A DNA stretch of 64,000 nucleotides from Octopus vulgaris (taxonomy: Eukaryota). Below are positions 1 to 14,567 of the stretch, in pieces. The first letter of the stretch is position 1; every line of letters begins with the position of its first letter. The DNA lies in the NCBI GenBank assembly GCA_951406725.2, contig OX597823.1, forward strand, positions 54,002,001 to 54,066,000, read 5' to 3'. The translations under genes and the position numbers were made by a program. The notes under the pieces were generated by a model. The model was not told where the DNA came from. It saw only the letters and a list, made by a program, of their open reading frames with translations, and searched no databases.

Positions 1-2421
1 GAAAACAGCACAGTAGTTATATGAGGCACAGTGACTGAAAAGTTACAGAGATAGAGGGCCCTTTCAGATAGGAAGACCATGAGTTTAAAATTTGTAAAAG
101 CAGCTATGGAAACGGAAGTAATCTAACACACATACATCTATAGATGTTTGTGGTAGAGCGAATAAAAGTTGGTAGATAACTATGATGCAACGATGCAACT
201 CTTAAGTATATTTATATCTATCTATACCTATATATGTGTTCCTGTGATAAAGTTCAGCAAAATAGACCAATATAATAAGTACTAGGCTTACAAAGAATAA
301 GTTCCAAGATCAATTTGTTTGACTAAAGGCAGTGCTCCAGCATGGCTACAGTCAAATGACTGGAACAAGTAAAAGAATAAAAGAATCTATGTATTGTTCC
401 AGCAGGTGACAAGTTAAAAATGTTGTCTGGCCACTTAGAGGAGAGTACTCTTCCTGAACTTTCACAACTTGATCGAGCCAACATTCACCAGGTACCCAAT
501 CTATGTTCTATAGTTGTGAGACTTAGACAATATGGGACCCTCAGGGAGCTGCCAGGATTTCATACCTACAACTCTAAGGAAACAGGATGCATCTTGTTAC
601 TTGTACAGTTCAAGAATGCCAGCTTGGACTGTTTGGTAATGTTTCTCGACTTTCCCAGTTAGACTCTGCTTGCTGTATTCTCTTCACTGAGGATCCAGCT
701 GGGTGGACCATGAAGTGGTATCTTGCAGAGATGAGGGACTGACAGGGACTCTGCTCAATGGGTCACCCAGGAGGACCAGGGAATATACAGACAAATGATA
801 AATGCAGCAACATGCTGCAACAGTACATGCCCCCGCACCTGACCTGAACTTTTGTTACATAGCTACGATGAACCATAGGTGAAAGAGAATATATATTTTA
901 ATGGACTAACAATTCAACCAAATCCACTCACAAAGTTTTGGTCAGCTGGGGGCTGTAGTAGCAGACTCTAACCCGAAGTGCCATGCAGTGGACTAAACCC
1001 AGAACCATGTGGATGGGAAGAAAACTTCTTAACACACAGCCACTTAAAAGTTACCTTCTCGATTCATGTCAACTCAGAAAGGTTGGTTTCCCAGTTTCAT
1101 GGTATATATATTCCCTACCTGAATGGGATGCCAGTCTGTCACAGAATTTTTGCTAGCTGAGTGGACTGGAGCAATGTGAAATGAAACGTCTTGCTCAAGA
1201 ACACAACGCATCGCCCAGTCTAGGAATCGAAACCACAATCTTACAATGATGAGTCCAACACTATGCCACACGCCTCCATTCCTGTAGAATAAATACTGAT
1301 GTTGATAAAATTAACTAAAAAGCCCGTTAAAATGACAGAAACTAATTTAAAAAAATATTTCCCTATCTTACAATATACTATAAACTTGGAGGCAAAGGAA
1401 ATGAGACATGAGTATATACTTCTATCATCATTTAACGTCCATTTTCCATGCTGGCATGGGTTGGATGGTTTGCCAGAGAGTTGCACCAGGCTCCAGTTGT
1501 TCATTTTGGCATGGTTTCTATGGCTGGATGCTCTTCCTAACACCAAACGCTTTACAGAGAGTACTAGGTGTGCTTTATATGTGACACCAGCACAGGTGCT
1601 TTTTACAAGACACCAGCACAAGTGCTTTTTACAAGACACTAGCACCTGCAGGGTCACCAAGTAGATTGCAAGACAAAGACCTCTCAGCTGAGTGAGAAAG
1701 TAGAACCAAGAGAAGTGGTTGTGTTTCAGGCAAGAGGTTAGAATACCATAGAGGGACAGGAATAGTTGTCTTACACAAGAGGAGATACTTGGCTATCCCA
1801 GTAGAACAAAGAAGGAAAAGGAGGTGGGAGAGAGAAAGATAGAAACAGAGTGAGAGGGGAGAGAGGAGGGACTTACCCACAGGGAACAGTGGTGGGAAGT
1901 ATAAATTGTACAGAGAGTATAGTGATGTTCCATAAAAGCATGAGGAGAGATATTGAGAGATACCAAGTGATGGCGAGAAGAACTGGAAGGGCCTGCAATG
2001 GCAGGGTGGAAGAGATGAGTTGTGTGGGGGTTTTGCCAGAGGAAAGAATTATGTGTGAGGGGAAGGAGGAAAGGATTTGAAAAGTAAATAACACACCTTC
2101 TCATAACTGCTCTGGTTGTAACGCCATATAAATAATTTTCGACCACCAACAAGCCATGCCCAGCCAGAAGGATCAATCTTGACAGTATATTCTGTAATTT
2201 CTACAATTAAAAAAAAAAAGAGAAAAGAATTGTGTCAAAAAACATACGTCATTTGAGTTCAACATTAAAAAATAAATATTTTAGTAAAACTTTCTTATTT
2301 TTAATTTTAAGAGATTTCTCATATTTGGACTACCAATTAGGCTGGAGAAATAATAAACATTACTTAGAAATTTGTAAGCAAGCTGAAAGTATGTACAAAA
2401 TAACTGAATAAAAGCATCCTT

Positions 2422-2762
2422 CATCATCATCATCATTTAGCGTCCGTTTTCCATGCTAGCATGGGTTGGATGGTTCAACTGGGGTCTGTGAAGCCAGAAG
2501 GCTGCATCAGGCCCAGTCTGATCTGGCAGTGTTTCTACGGCTGGATGCCCTTCCTAATGCCAACCACTCCGTGAGTGTAGTGGGTGCTTTTTACGTGCCA
2601 CCTGCACAGGTGCCAGACGGAGCTGGCTGCTTTTACGTGCCACCGGCACGGGGGCCAGGTGTGGCTGGCAACGGCCACGAACGGATGGTGCTTTTACGTG
2701 CCACCGGCACGGAGGCCACTCAGGGCGGCGCTGGCAACGGCCATAAACGGATGGTGCTTTTT
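2422..2762 (-). mobile_element. RTE 3'-UTR fragment (further copies ~1424, 5655, 8555, 18410, 22010, 37070, 46620, 50800, 51355, 52290)
   Basis: (CAT)n-TTAACGTCCGTTTTCCATGCTAGCATGGGTTGGA...GGATGCCCTTCCTAA signature. Confidence 0.8.
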
Positions 2763-3246
2763 AATCCTTAATATATATATATAAAATCTTTCCTTCTTTT
2801 TAATTGCTTCAGCCATTAGACTGTATCCATGCTGGGGCACCACCTTGAAGAATTTTAGTCAAAGGAATTGACCTGATCCCAGTACTTATTCCATCAATTT
2901 CTTCTGCCAAACTGCTAAGTTACGGGGACATAAACACACCAACACCAGTTGTCAAGTGGTGGCGGGGGACAGACACAGACACACACAATTTTTTTTCAAT
3001 TTCCATCTACCAAACTCACTCACAAGGATTTGGTTGGCCTGAGGCTATAATAGAAGACACTTGCCCAATGTCCCATGCAGTGGGATTGATCCTATATATA
3101 CAGCATTGCTTGAGTGATTGATTCCTCCAGTCAAGTTTTACATTATATAGACAGCAGGGGACAGATTAACGGAGTGATATAGAGATAGCATAAGATGAGC
3201 AGGTTGAGTGTTTATCAGCATTAGCACGGTCACCAAGTAACATATA

Positions 3247-3761
3247 TCTATATATATAAAACTGTAGTTGTGTGAGTGTCTGTCTCCTACGATTTAGATT
3301 CCTAACTCCTCCCACATTTTGCAGTGCAGTTTAACCAAATTCGGGTATCTTATAGTCGTGATTCATATCGAGCCCGTCTGGGTATTAGCGCGCGTCTACG
3401 ATGAGTCTACGATTTTAAAAATAATTTAACATAATTTTTTATTCCATTTTAATGCATAATTTTTCGTGTGTCGATGGCAGCAGAGTTGGCGTCCACGCTC
3501 GCACCTGCACCTGTTTGCTTCTCCCCCTTCTGCCCTCCCTCGTGAAGCTGTGGGGAAGGGAGTTTAAGGAAATCAACGTCGTAATGCGTTGTCAAGGAGA
3601 CCAGCGTTCTTTTAGAACAACGACTTCATGGCTTGAAGAAATGGCAAAACAGAAATGGCTAAGAAAGCCCGAATTGGCATCTATAAAGGAAGTAACTCTC
3701 TAAAAATGCTTATATAGTTATTTCCCTTACAAACCCGAGCAACGCCGGGCGATACTGCTAG
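3247..3761 (+). mobile_element. Non-autonomous Helitron
   Basis: 5' TC, 3' hairpin CCCGAGCAACGCCGGG followed by CTAG, inserted between A and T. Confidence 0.8.
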
Positions 3762-4962
3762 TATATATATATATTCATTCCTTTATAAATATATACATAA
3801 TTTAATTAAACCAAGGATATAAAATCCTCTTAAAAAAGATGCCAGCATCCAAGTTTCCCTGACAAAATGTCCAATTAGTTATATTCAATATGAAACTTTA
3901 ATTTAATTTAATTTGATATAATTTCTCTTATTGAATGAATTGGGCATGGAAACAATTGTAGGTGCTATGAATTTGTTTTTGTTTGAAATTGAATATGTTC
4001 TAATAAAGTGATGTCTATATCTCAATTTCTCGGTTTTCTTTTTCTCAAATATATATACACACACACAGGTAGGTTTTCAATGAAGTAAATTGAGATTATG
4101 CCAACAAAATTTAGAAAAATAATTCAGTTGTTTTAGACCATTCTTCCCTTTATCCAACACTTTGTTACCACAAACTCCTGTAACTTTAGCATTTTTCACT
4201 TTTCTTTCAGATTTATGTTTGAAGCATCAACATTATGTAATTGACATTCTCAAAAAAATATGCATTTTAACATGAATTATAAGGAAAGGTAATTGGGAAG
4301 GGGGAAATGATCTGAAATTCCTCCAAAGGAAGTAATTTAATGTTATCAACATCAAAACGTATGCCATGGAAAATGTATCTCAGCAAAATTTCATGAAAAA
4401 AATATGCAATTTTATGAAAAATGTAAAGAAACAACTTTGGTGGGATAAGTTTCAAAAACCACAAAATGTAAATATCCATACTACCACACTGGAAACGTAC
4501 CTGTTATAACTCTTTATCTTGATTTGAATGTACATGAAGGTATTTAGAATGCCCAGACTTATTTCTGCAAATGTGCTAAGCACTGATACTGATCATAGTT
4601 TAATCAATAAGCGTAGGAGTGAGATAAATGCAGTAAAAATGGGGGGGGGGGTCAGTGGGGCCCCATTTAAGCGACCCTTCAGAAATTGAACTTCCTTATG
4701 ATATTCCCTGGGAGTTCATGGTATGAAATTTATTGTCATTGCTCTGATTTGGTCACCAATGCCAAATATTTAGTTTAAACTGCAGTAAAAATAGGTCAGT
4801 GGAGCCCCAATTAAGTGGCCCTTAAAAATAGACTCCCTTAGGGCATTCCCTGGGATTAGGGGAGTTGCTGGTTTGAGTTTCATTGTTTTTGCACCAACAA
4901 TCTAGGAGTTAGCAAACATAAAAACATAATGGACGGAGAAACATCACTCAAATTTATAATAG

Positions 4963-5038
<76 letters not shown>

Positions 5039-5858
5039 TATGTGTATGTATTTGTGACTGTGTTTGTCCCCCACTACTGCTTGAAAAGCAGTGTTGATAC
5101 ATTTATATCCCCTTAATGTAGCAGTTCAGCAAAAGAAACCGATAAAATATGTATCAGGCTTGAACAAAAAAAAAAGCGTAAGTACTGTGGTTGATTTATT
5201 CAACTAACAATTTTTCAAAGTGGTGCTCCAGCATGGCCATGGTCAAATGACTGAAAGATATATATTTAATCTTTTACTTGTTTCAGTCACTGAACCCCAC
5301 CTTGAAGGGTTTGGTTGAACAAATCGAACCCAGTATTATGTTTAATCTGATACTTATTTAATCAGTCTCTTATACAGAACCATTGTTATAAGGATGGATG
5401 TATTGTCAAATGTTGGTGGGAGACATACGCTAACACAAAGACAAACACATACATATATACATGTATATACGATGGACTTCCTGCCAAATTTACTCACAAG
5501 ATATTGATCAACCCAATGCTATAGTAGAAAACACATGTCCAAGGTGCTGTGCAATAGGACTGAACCCCAAACCAAGTGGTTGCAAAGGAACTTCTTAACC
5601 ACACACACATGCCTGTACCCACCACTAGTTTTGTCAAACTCTGGTTTTTCATCACCATCATCATTTAACGTCTGTTGTCCATACTGGCATGGTTTGAATA
5701 GTTTGACCAGAGCTAGGAAGCTGTACCAGACTTGTCTCTGATTTGGCATGGTTTCTACAGCTGGCTGCCCTTCCTAACACCAACCATTTTACCAAATGTG
5801 CTGGGTGCTAGAAATCCTAAATATTATAGCAAACTTGGATAATGGAAGAATAACTTAC

Positions 5859-5962
5859 TTTCAGCAATATTCAATGCTTCAGAAACCAAAACAGGCATAG
5901 GATTTCCATAAGTCTGGAGCGTGTGAAGCTTTTCAACAGATCCACTGGCAACAAAAGAATAT
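5859..5962 (-). CDS. NUP133: Nucleoporin Nup133, coding exon 2 (YSFVASGSVEKLHTLQTYGNPMPVLVSEALNIAE); gene continues beyond window start
   Basis: Acceptor tatatttttcag, donor GTAAGT. LQTYGNPMPVLVSEALNIAE matches the recalled human Nup133 segment [20 protein letters not shown]. Confidence 0.85.
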
Positions 5963-7134
5963 CTGAAAAATATAATAACCCCTGTCTAGATAAGAAAATA
6001 CATTATCAATGATCACTCATGTTCTGAAAGCCACCAACCAGGATATATTTCTATATCAGTTCCCATAATTTACACATCATCTCATGACAGAACACGATTT
6101 TATCTCTATTTCTTGATCTTAATTATTAAGATATGATATAGTTAATAATTATCTAAATATACTAAAACAAACTGATCGACAGTTTAAATGTTCATGCTTA
6201 AAACACCTATATAACCATTTATTTCAATAACTACATTTTTTCTGAGACGAAAATTAAAATAAAAAAACTGCGAATTGACTTCTCTGGAAATAGTAAAATC
6301 TACTGTATTATGGAATAGTATGGCAATAAACTACACTATGCAATTGGATTAAATTGTAAACTCTTTAAATTTGTTTACTTCAACCTTTTTCCAACAAGGT
6401 CGATGGTTTAATATCTTTTTGAAAATACCACGTGAATATAATAAACTAGTAAGAATCATAACTTGGGAGAAATTTAAAGCTTAAAGGGTTGACAACTCTA
6501 ACATTCGACAATTTTATTAAACAATTTTTGAGAGTTAAGAAGCTTAAGACCAGATCTGTAGATACATTGGTAAATTTTACAGTTTACTAGTTTTGCTGGT
6601 AGGTGTTCGATATCAATGTTCGAATGCTGTCACAGTCGACTACTTTTTTATTTTTCTTCTTGTCTATCGATAAAAACACTAACACACAATGTGACACTAA
6701 TATACAATGCATAATAAAAACATAGTGTATCAATAATATACTGGGACAACTGTTCGCTAGTAGTACCAATATACTGAAGTCAATTCGATTGACTATACAG
6801 CCAATTTATCTTGCAAAATTAACCTTTTCGATAATCAGACTTCTTTTATTTGAAAATATCGACACACGAATAAACAATTTATCGACAACTAGTTTTCAAA
6901 TATTTCGAGAGAGGCATGTTAAAAAGTGTTTTTAATAGTAGCAAAACAATTTTATTTTTTTTTTAGATATATCTACAATTATAATGTAGGTAATTAAAAT
7001 CTAACGACAAATGAATATTTAGATAAATCAGAATTTTTCAACCACGTTGCGAAAACAGTATGAATGGACCTAACTAATGTTTTGAATTAAGCATGACTAT
7101 TAGTCTTCAAATGAAATAAACAAAAAAGACTAAC

Positions 7135-7253
7135 GAATTCAATGAGGAATATGAAATATTATGTGCTCGAGTCGGAGTTCTGTATCCACCAAGTTTTGGA
7201 GAAAAAATAGTTTCACTGGCCGAAGAAGTTTGTAATTTGCGTCGAGGAAACAT
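7135..7253 (-). CDS. NUP133: Nucleoporin Nup133, coding exon 1 (MFPRRKLQTSSASETIFSPKLGGYRTPTRAHNISYSSLNS)
   Basis: ATG at 7253, donor GTTAGT at 7134, phase 2. MFP...FSP...RTPTR resembles the metazoan Nup133 N-terminus. Splices in frame to the exon at 5859-5962 and lies in a CpG-retaining region. Confidence 0.8.
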
Positions 7254-10200
7254 TTTCAATTTGCACGTTGAACTGAAAGGCGGCACGTATATGTTATTTA
7301 TAGAAACTGGAATGGGTATCCGGTCTGCCAACTTTAAATCATATGCTGAGAAATAAATATTTTAATAAGAATAATATATGATTATTCATGTAAAGTCATT
7401 ATTCTATTTTAGGAGTTTTAGTTTTGCAATACCATCTGAAATATATATCTTATATTTTTCTCGATAAGATAATACGTAAATTGTCGTTTCGTTTTTAAGA
7501 ATATGTTAACACTTTTGTATGTCACCTATTTCAAACGCAATTACTAAACAATGTATTGTTTCAGTATAATTGTTGTTTCGTTACTCTTATTGTAGTATTT
7601 TATCACTGGCTATTTACCACATTAAATGAAATTTTCTTTTGGTGTGGATTATGTTCGAAATTTTAATTTAATTAAACTACTCAGCTATATTCAGCATCTA
7701 CTATATAATTGCAAGTGTATGTGGTTATGTATGTGCGTTTAGCATAGAAAGGCACTGAAATGGTGCATCCTTGTGAAAAACTAATTTGATTTTCGAAATC
7801 TCCGTCCGAAAGACAATATTATTCGTAGATAATAATAAAAAAATATAATTTTCTACAAGAAATAATTCAACTTTAGATAGACAAATTTCCCACTATGACC
7901 GTCTACCATATTCTTTGACACTCGCTCCCTTAGTATATGTATTAATTCACACGCATAACTTTTATTTTGTTTAAAACCTCGTCTTCTAATGTTTACTTTC
8001 ATTTTTCTGATACACAGCTTATCACGAACAAAATACTTAGCTTCCAAATCCTGTTTTCTGATAGGGTAAAAATGATCAAACTTTAAACTTCTGTAACATT
8101 TTTTTTTTCTGGAAGAAATGAATCGCAAACTCGAATTCATCGTGGAAAAGTAAACCAAAAAACCGAATTTGAACAGATTTTGAAATTGTTTCAGTCATTT
8201 GACTGCAGCCATGCTGGAGCACTGCCTTAAAGGGTTTTAGTCGAAGAAATTGACCCCAGGACGTATTCTTTGTAAGCCTCGTACTTATTCTATCAGTCTC
8301 TTTAGCTGAAGTTATGCAGACGCAAACACACCCGCACTGGTTGTCATGCGATAGCAGGGAGGCAGACACACACACATAAATATATATATATATACTGGTG
8401 TCACACAACTGGCCCATAAAAGCCCCTATTACACCCTCTGAGTGGTTGGCGTTAGGAAGGGCATCCAGCCATAGAGACCATGTCAAATCAAACTGGAGTT
8501 TGGTGTAACACCTCAGCTTACCAGCCCTTGTGAAACTGTCCAACCCATGCCATCATCATCATCATCATCCGCTTTCCATGCTAGCATAGGTTGGATGATT
8601 TGACGGAGGTCTGGCAAACCAGACTCCAATCTGATCTGGCAGAGTTTCTACAGCTGGATGCCCTTCCTAATGCCAACCACTCCAAGAGTAAAGTAGGTGC
8701 TTTTACATGTCACTGGCACGAGGGCCAGTTTGGTAGTACTGGAAACAGCCACACTCAAATGGTCCTTTTTATGTGCCACTTGCACAGTAGCCAGTCCAGC
8801 GGCACTGGCAACGACCTCGCTCGAATGTTTTTTGCACGTGCCACCAGCACAAGTGCTAGTAAGGCAACGCAACAGAATTTAAATGATGATGATATGTATA
8901 TATATATATATGACAGTCTTCTTTCAGTTTCCGTCTACCAAATCCACTCACAAGGCTTTGGTTGACCAAAGACTATAGTAGAAGACATTTGCTTAATGTG
9001 CCATGTAGTGGGACTGAACCTGGAACCACATGGTTAGTATGCAAGCTTCTTACCACACAACCACACCTGCACCTATATGTTACTGAACATTTCAAACCAG
9101 AATGCAAACATGAGACTTCCATTTTGTCATTTAAAAAATATATACCAAATTCACTAGACTATTATGTTCTAAGTTGGTAATGGTTTCCTTAAACTGGCAT
9201 GAAGCTACAGCTTTGTTCTAGATGTAAAGAAACTCAACAATTGCCCTGGGCAGCACACACTCTAGCTATGTCAGTGCATACATCTGTGGAAAACTCAGTC
9301 ATTCAGACTTTATAATTCAGTGAGTAGGAATTTCCATTCAACAAATAGCTGGAATGACTTTAAAGAGAGGTTGTTGTGTCAGGCCAGAACAATGTGAGAA
9401 GATACAAAGTAAACTACAAAAGGAAAAGAAAAAGTTGTAGTTTTACCTTGTTGTTCTATATTTTGAGGTGAAGACCCCTTCTTCAAGACATTTGAAAGAA
9501 GCAGTAGCTGGAATTGGTCGTTGTCACATGTTTGTGTATGGGGGAAGGCAGGGGAGGAAGGTGACATGTGCAGACTGGTGTTGCTATAGCAACAAGTCTC
9601 CTTCATGTAGTTCCTTCCTGTTGTTCATGGCTGGTCTTAATTCATTTATTTATTGTGGAATTTAATGGATATCCATTTACTTATTTATACTATCTGCTGT
9701 GGATATAGTGAAAAATGAATTTATGCTTTATATAGGCTGAACAACTGTTCCCAGCAGAAGTGTTCTGGCCTTAAAGATGAAACCCAGTCTTTATTAAGCA
9801 GTTGTTGCTTTTTTTTAACCCCAGAACAGTCCTGAGCCAGCAGACCTATGGCCAAAGATGTTTCAGTCATGATCACATCTTACTATTTAACCCTTTAGCA
9901 TTTAAACCAGCTGGATGCAGCCAAAATATTCTTGCTGTCTTATGTTCAAACTGGTCATATCCAGCCTCTCACACCTACTTTGCAATGTCATTCTAAAAAT
10001 AAACAATTACTTTTTCAAAATCTCAAAGCTATGAGATACTGCATGATTAATTCAAAACAATGTGAATAAAGAGACATTACATTTGACAGAGCAATCAGAA
10101 TGTTAAACGGTTAGGGTTTTACTCCAACATACTGTGTCTAAGACTACATTATCTTATATATCTTCTCTTTTTTAAGACGGTAGGGTGATATTTGATGGAG

Positions 10201-10327
10201 ATTTGGCTGCTGTGAAAGCACAACATAGAGCTCCTTTTGTTGATTACTGACTTTTGAGAGAATGCATTAAAAGAATACAGATGAATAAGTTGAAAGAATG
10301 TCTGTGAAATATATTGGTAGATCAGTG

Positions 10328-10580
10328 TGGAGGCGCGTGGCTTAGTGGTTAGGGTGTTCGACTCATGATCGTAAGGTTGTGGTTTCGATTCCTGGACCGG
10401 GCGATGCGTTGTGTTCTTGAGCAAAACACTTCATTTTCACATTTCTCCAGTCCACTCAGCTGGCAAAAATGAGTAATCCTGCGACGGACCAGTGTCGCGT
10501 CCAGGTGGGGAATTTCTACGCCACTGAAACCAGGAAACTGGCCCTTATGAGCCTGGCATGGCTCAAGAAGGAAAATTAAT
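10328..10580 (+). mobile_element. tRNA-derived SINE, second family (copies ~1075-1276, tandem pair 37250-37745, 46290-46615)
   Basis: TGGCTTAGTGG A box, GTTTCGATTCC B box, then GTTGTGTTCTTGAGCAAAACACTT body. Confidence 0.8.
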
Positions 10581-12461
10581 TTTTATACTGGTAGATCGGT
10601 AGTCTGTAGCCTGTTGCAAGTACAGCATTGTATAAATAGTTAAAGACTTGTTGCAGTCTAAAGGTTGTTGGGCTGGTCTGTGGTGGTGACTAGTTGAGTT
10701 GATGAATGAAAATGTTTCTTGGGTTGCATGTAGAAGTAACGGAACACCATCCAGAAACATTTAACAGAAAATGTTATTATCGCACATTAAGACAAACTAC
10801 ATTGGCCTTTTACAGATAACAACAACTATAATTACAAATATGAAACTGTGGTGGTTTGCTTGTGAAGCTTGACTACATTCCCAGGGATCTGGTTTCAAAT
10901 CCCCACTATGGACTCTTTTAAATCACTCAGTCCATCTAGCTGTAAACACAATCCATAAGGTAAAAAAATTGGGATCTTTGTGGTTTTCATCACTGTTTAC
11001 AATTTTGTTCCAATTGTTTTCAAATTTGGTATATAGATTAAGTTTTGCATACTGATTATGAAGATGAAATTCATTTTTCCTATAAATTCATAATTAAAAA
11101 GTTATTAACCTTTAAAATTTGCAAAATTTGGGTATTTTAGCCAATCAGAAGCAAGTGACATAAAACTCACTGTGACATAAAACTCTGTTTCCATTGTAAC
11201 CAAAGATGCTGCACATGTGCACAAGGAGGAGAAGGAGATACAAGAAAGATAATCTACTATAATATTCTTGTGTTTTTCTCCATCACAACATATGAATGAG
11301 AAAGGAAGGGGTGATGTCAAACTGGTAGTGGGAGCATTTCAACTCTGTGTGGGTATATGTGTGTGTATGTAAAAGGGAGGTGTGTGAATGTTTGTGTGTG
11401 CATGTGTATTGCAAACTTTTGTTCTTGAATTTTTTAACTAATAAATGTCTGTTTTAAACAATGTTTTGGCTGTTATTTCTAGCAACTCCTGTTGATTTGT
11501 TTGTTCGTAGCTTTTAGATATTTAATTTGCTCATGAATGTTTTAATGTTAACTTTGTGTATATTTTAATGTTTTGACTGTTATTTCTACCAATGTTTTGG
11601 CATACTGGTGCCCCTCTCCCTTCCCAATGATGGAAGAGGCAGTGAACGTGCTGCTTTTTGATTGGCTGAAAATTATGAAAATTATCAAACTTTGAACACC
11701 TGTAACATTTTTGCAAAATTTTACTTGAATAAATGAATAACAAATTCAGATTCAGCATTAAAAACTACATCTATATGATACATTAAAATTTTTTTTAAAG
11801 ATAATTGCAAATGGTGATGAAAACCACAAAGATCCAAATCTTGCAATGCTAGGCAACCACAGCCCTTCTTTTGATCACAGTTAAGCTTCAAAAGTTTGTA
11901 ACGAAGATGGAGTAATGATAAAGACAGAAACCTGGTTGAGAGATTTTCCATTAAGGAAGATATCATTACAATGAATGACCAAATTGTGGAGAGTGGAGAT
12001 GTTGTTTTCCTTCATGTGACTGTAGAGGCAGACAAGGAAATTCAGAAGTTGATCAGCAGTCAAGTCAACAGGCCATCTCTCAGCTAGGCCATTCATTCAG
12101 TTTTCTTTGTGTGTGCTCTCCCAGTACTCTGTGTGACAGCTTTTAGAGCTGTGGGCACTATGTCTTAGGTGTCTGAGATGTGGTGCTTTTGTAGCAAAAA
12201 ATCAGCTCAGAGAGACAGCTCCAAAAGCTAGAATCTCTGCAGAAGGTCATTTCTGGGTGGTGTCCCGATTGGTCAGAATTTCTTTATTCTAGCCAATTGT
12301 GACATTGGATGTAGTGACTAAATATTCCTGCAACAAGTTCAAAACCAAGATTGTTTGTTTATTTGTTTTTGTTGTGTTATATTTACTGTATTATCTCATT
12401 AGTCTTGGGAAACCTTCAAAGGTCAGGGACAGAAGCTCTTTCCTTCAGTCCAAAATCAATA

Positions 12462-12908
12462 AAAACGAGAGTACTAAGAAAGTGCAAATCTCCGCCAAAG
12501 CAACACCAACATCCTCTCAATAATTAGGCATAGATGATTTTTAAAATAAGAATATTTGAAATAAATTTGACTGCTCTCACAAACGAAAATACTGAAAATG
12601 AACCCAACCTCTCTCAAAAATTAAGTAAAAATTAAATGGAAAAAATAATCAAGAATCCTTATATATGATATAAAGGAGATAATCAGAGAAGGACTTCATG
12701 TAAAGTAAATATAAGAAATAATCCAGAATCCTTGTCCAGTACCAAATCAATCCCAAAATCTAATCAGTTTGTGCCAGTCATGAGGCCAAACATCCCTGAA
12801 AGTTTCATCCAAATCCATCCAACAGTTCTTGATATATCTTGTCCAGAGACAAACTAACAAATACAACTGAAAACAATAGCTTCACCTTTGCTAAGGCGAA
12901 GGTAAAAA
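12462..12908. mobile_element. Helentron-associated (HINE/DINE-like) element
   Basis: Subterminal inverted motifs ATCTCCGCC / GGCGAAGGT, terminal hairpin, A-run flanks. Confidence 0.45.
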
Positions 12909-14567
12909 ATAAAACAAAACGCATTTAACTATTTTGGTTTTAATACTCGTGTATTCAGAAGCTAACAGCATAGGCTTATAAGTTACGGAGGATGGCCTCT
13001 AAGAGGTTACTCATTCTTCTAGAAAGAACGGCTATATCTCACTCAAATTACACCCTACCATTTTAAAAATAGAAGGATACAGTTAATAAAGTAGATAATA
13101 CTAATTAATTACATGAATATCTATCATTCATTACTTCATGCAAAAGACATACAGGATACAAAAACTGTTGTATCCATGGATATAGAACCAATGAGAAATA
13201 TTAAATAGTAAATATACAAACAATATATATTGAGTCTCTTATTATGTTGTCTGTAAAAATCGAAAAATTAATAGCTTGTAGTGACTTCATTTAGGCATAG
13301 AGTAGATTTGAACCTGAATCTGCCAATTTCCCTTAACGTTGCAACAGCATTTTTCTCACAGAAAAATAATAGTGACAGCAGTGAGATTGAACACATAGCT
13401 TTGCCAAACTGATTTATATCTTTTCCACTTGACACTTCTAACCTCTTGTATGTGGTGGAGAGTTGAATTGAGATAACAGCCCACCCCCACCCCCTCCCAC
13501 CATGAATATCTATTGATCTCTGCAATTTTTCTAGCTAGTTTTGTATAGTTATAAATACAAGAACTCCATAAACCAAAATCAGTTAGTGAGAACTGGGTCT
13601 GGCTGACTGGCTGAACAAAACTCCCGTCTCCAAACCAAAAGCCACAGAGGGACAATTATGGTAACTCACCAACGAAGCAGTTCTTTCACCCCACCACTCT
13701 CACTTTCACTAGTTCATTTTCTTTTCTCTACAACATCACTCTATCTATCTTTGTCCCTGCTGATAGAATGACAAGAACACAAACACAAACTATACAAGGA
13801 AAATTACTCGGGTTCAATGGTAGAACCCCTGATGTGTTTACAGATGTGGGTTCAAATCCTACAAGCAACCTTCAAATTTTCCTATTCAAAAGGTTTTTCA
13901 ACCCATTATTTACATATTATTTATAGATTTATTTGCTTTGAGACTCACTATTCCTAAAACAGAAGGATTTGAAAGAGATTTTATTGCTATTTTTAGCAGG
14001 AGAAAGAACCAGATAATAAGCTCCTTTCTACTTATTATTTGCAATTATTCTTTCACTTTGCTGTAACATATACATGATCAAAGGTATTTTAATGATCACC
14101 ATTCCATTGTCTTTTTTTTATGTGCTTCTAAGCCTAAATTATCCAACATATCCTTTTTTTTTTGTCTTTTAAACATATGACAGCATGATCAGAGAATTAT
14201 TTGTTATTTCTAGTAAATAAAACAAATATTGGCAGATAGAGGTGAAAAATATATAAGAACACAAACAACAAGATGATTACATGTTACATTTTAATAAAAT
14301 TTATTATTCATTAAGCATTAAAATAAGAAATAAAATATATAAAAATGGGTATTAAATTCAAACAGTTACTTGATATTGTTATTTATTAAGGGATCAAAAT
14401 CAATTGGTGGCAGAGTAAGAAGAGCATCAGTTAAAATTATGCACTTATTTATTTATTTATGCTACTATATATATTGAGTTCATATTTCACTTGGATCATA
14501 TCCAGACAACTATTGTACTTGATATTTAAGGGATCAAAAAAAACTATGAATGGTTGAATCAGTAGAG

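Noticed and set aside
2583-2762. CRISPR-like repeat/spacer pattern
   Set aside because: Eukaryotic retroelement UTR; the spacers are related to each other and there are no cas genes.
4500-4565. Possible NUP133 exon 3 (AG...GT bounded on the minus strand)
   Set aside because: Translation shows no Nup133 similarity; the context looks like a DNA-transposon relic.
10328-10400. Apparent tRNA gene
   Set aside because: Continues directly into a SINE body present in several copies.
13810-13872. tRNA-like sequence with A and B boxes
   Set aside because: Too short, and no proper anticodon or acceptor stems; decayed SINE head or pseudo-tRNA.
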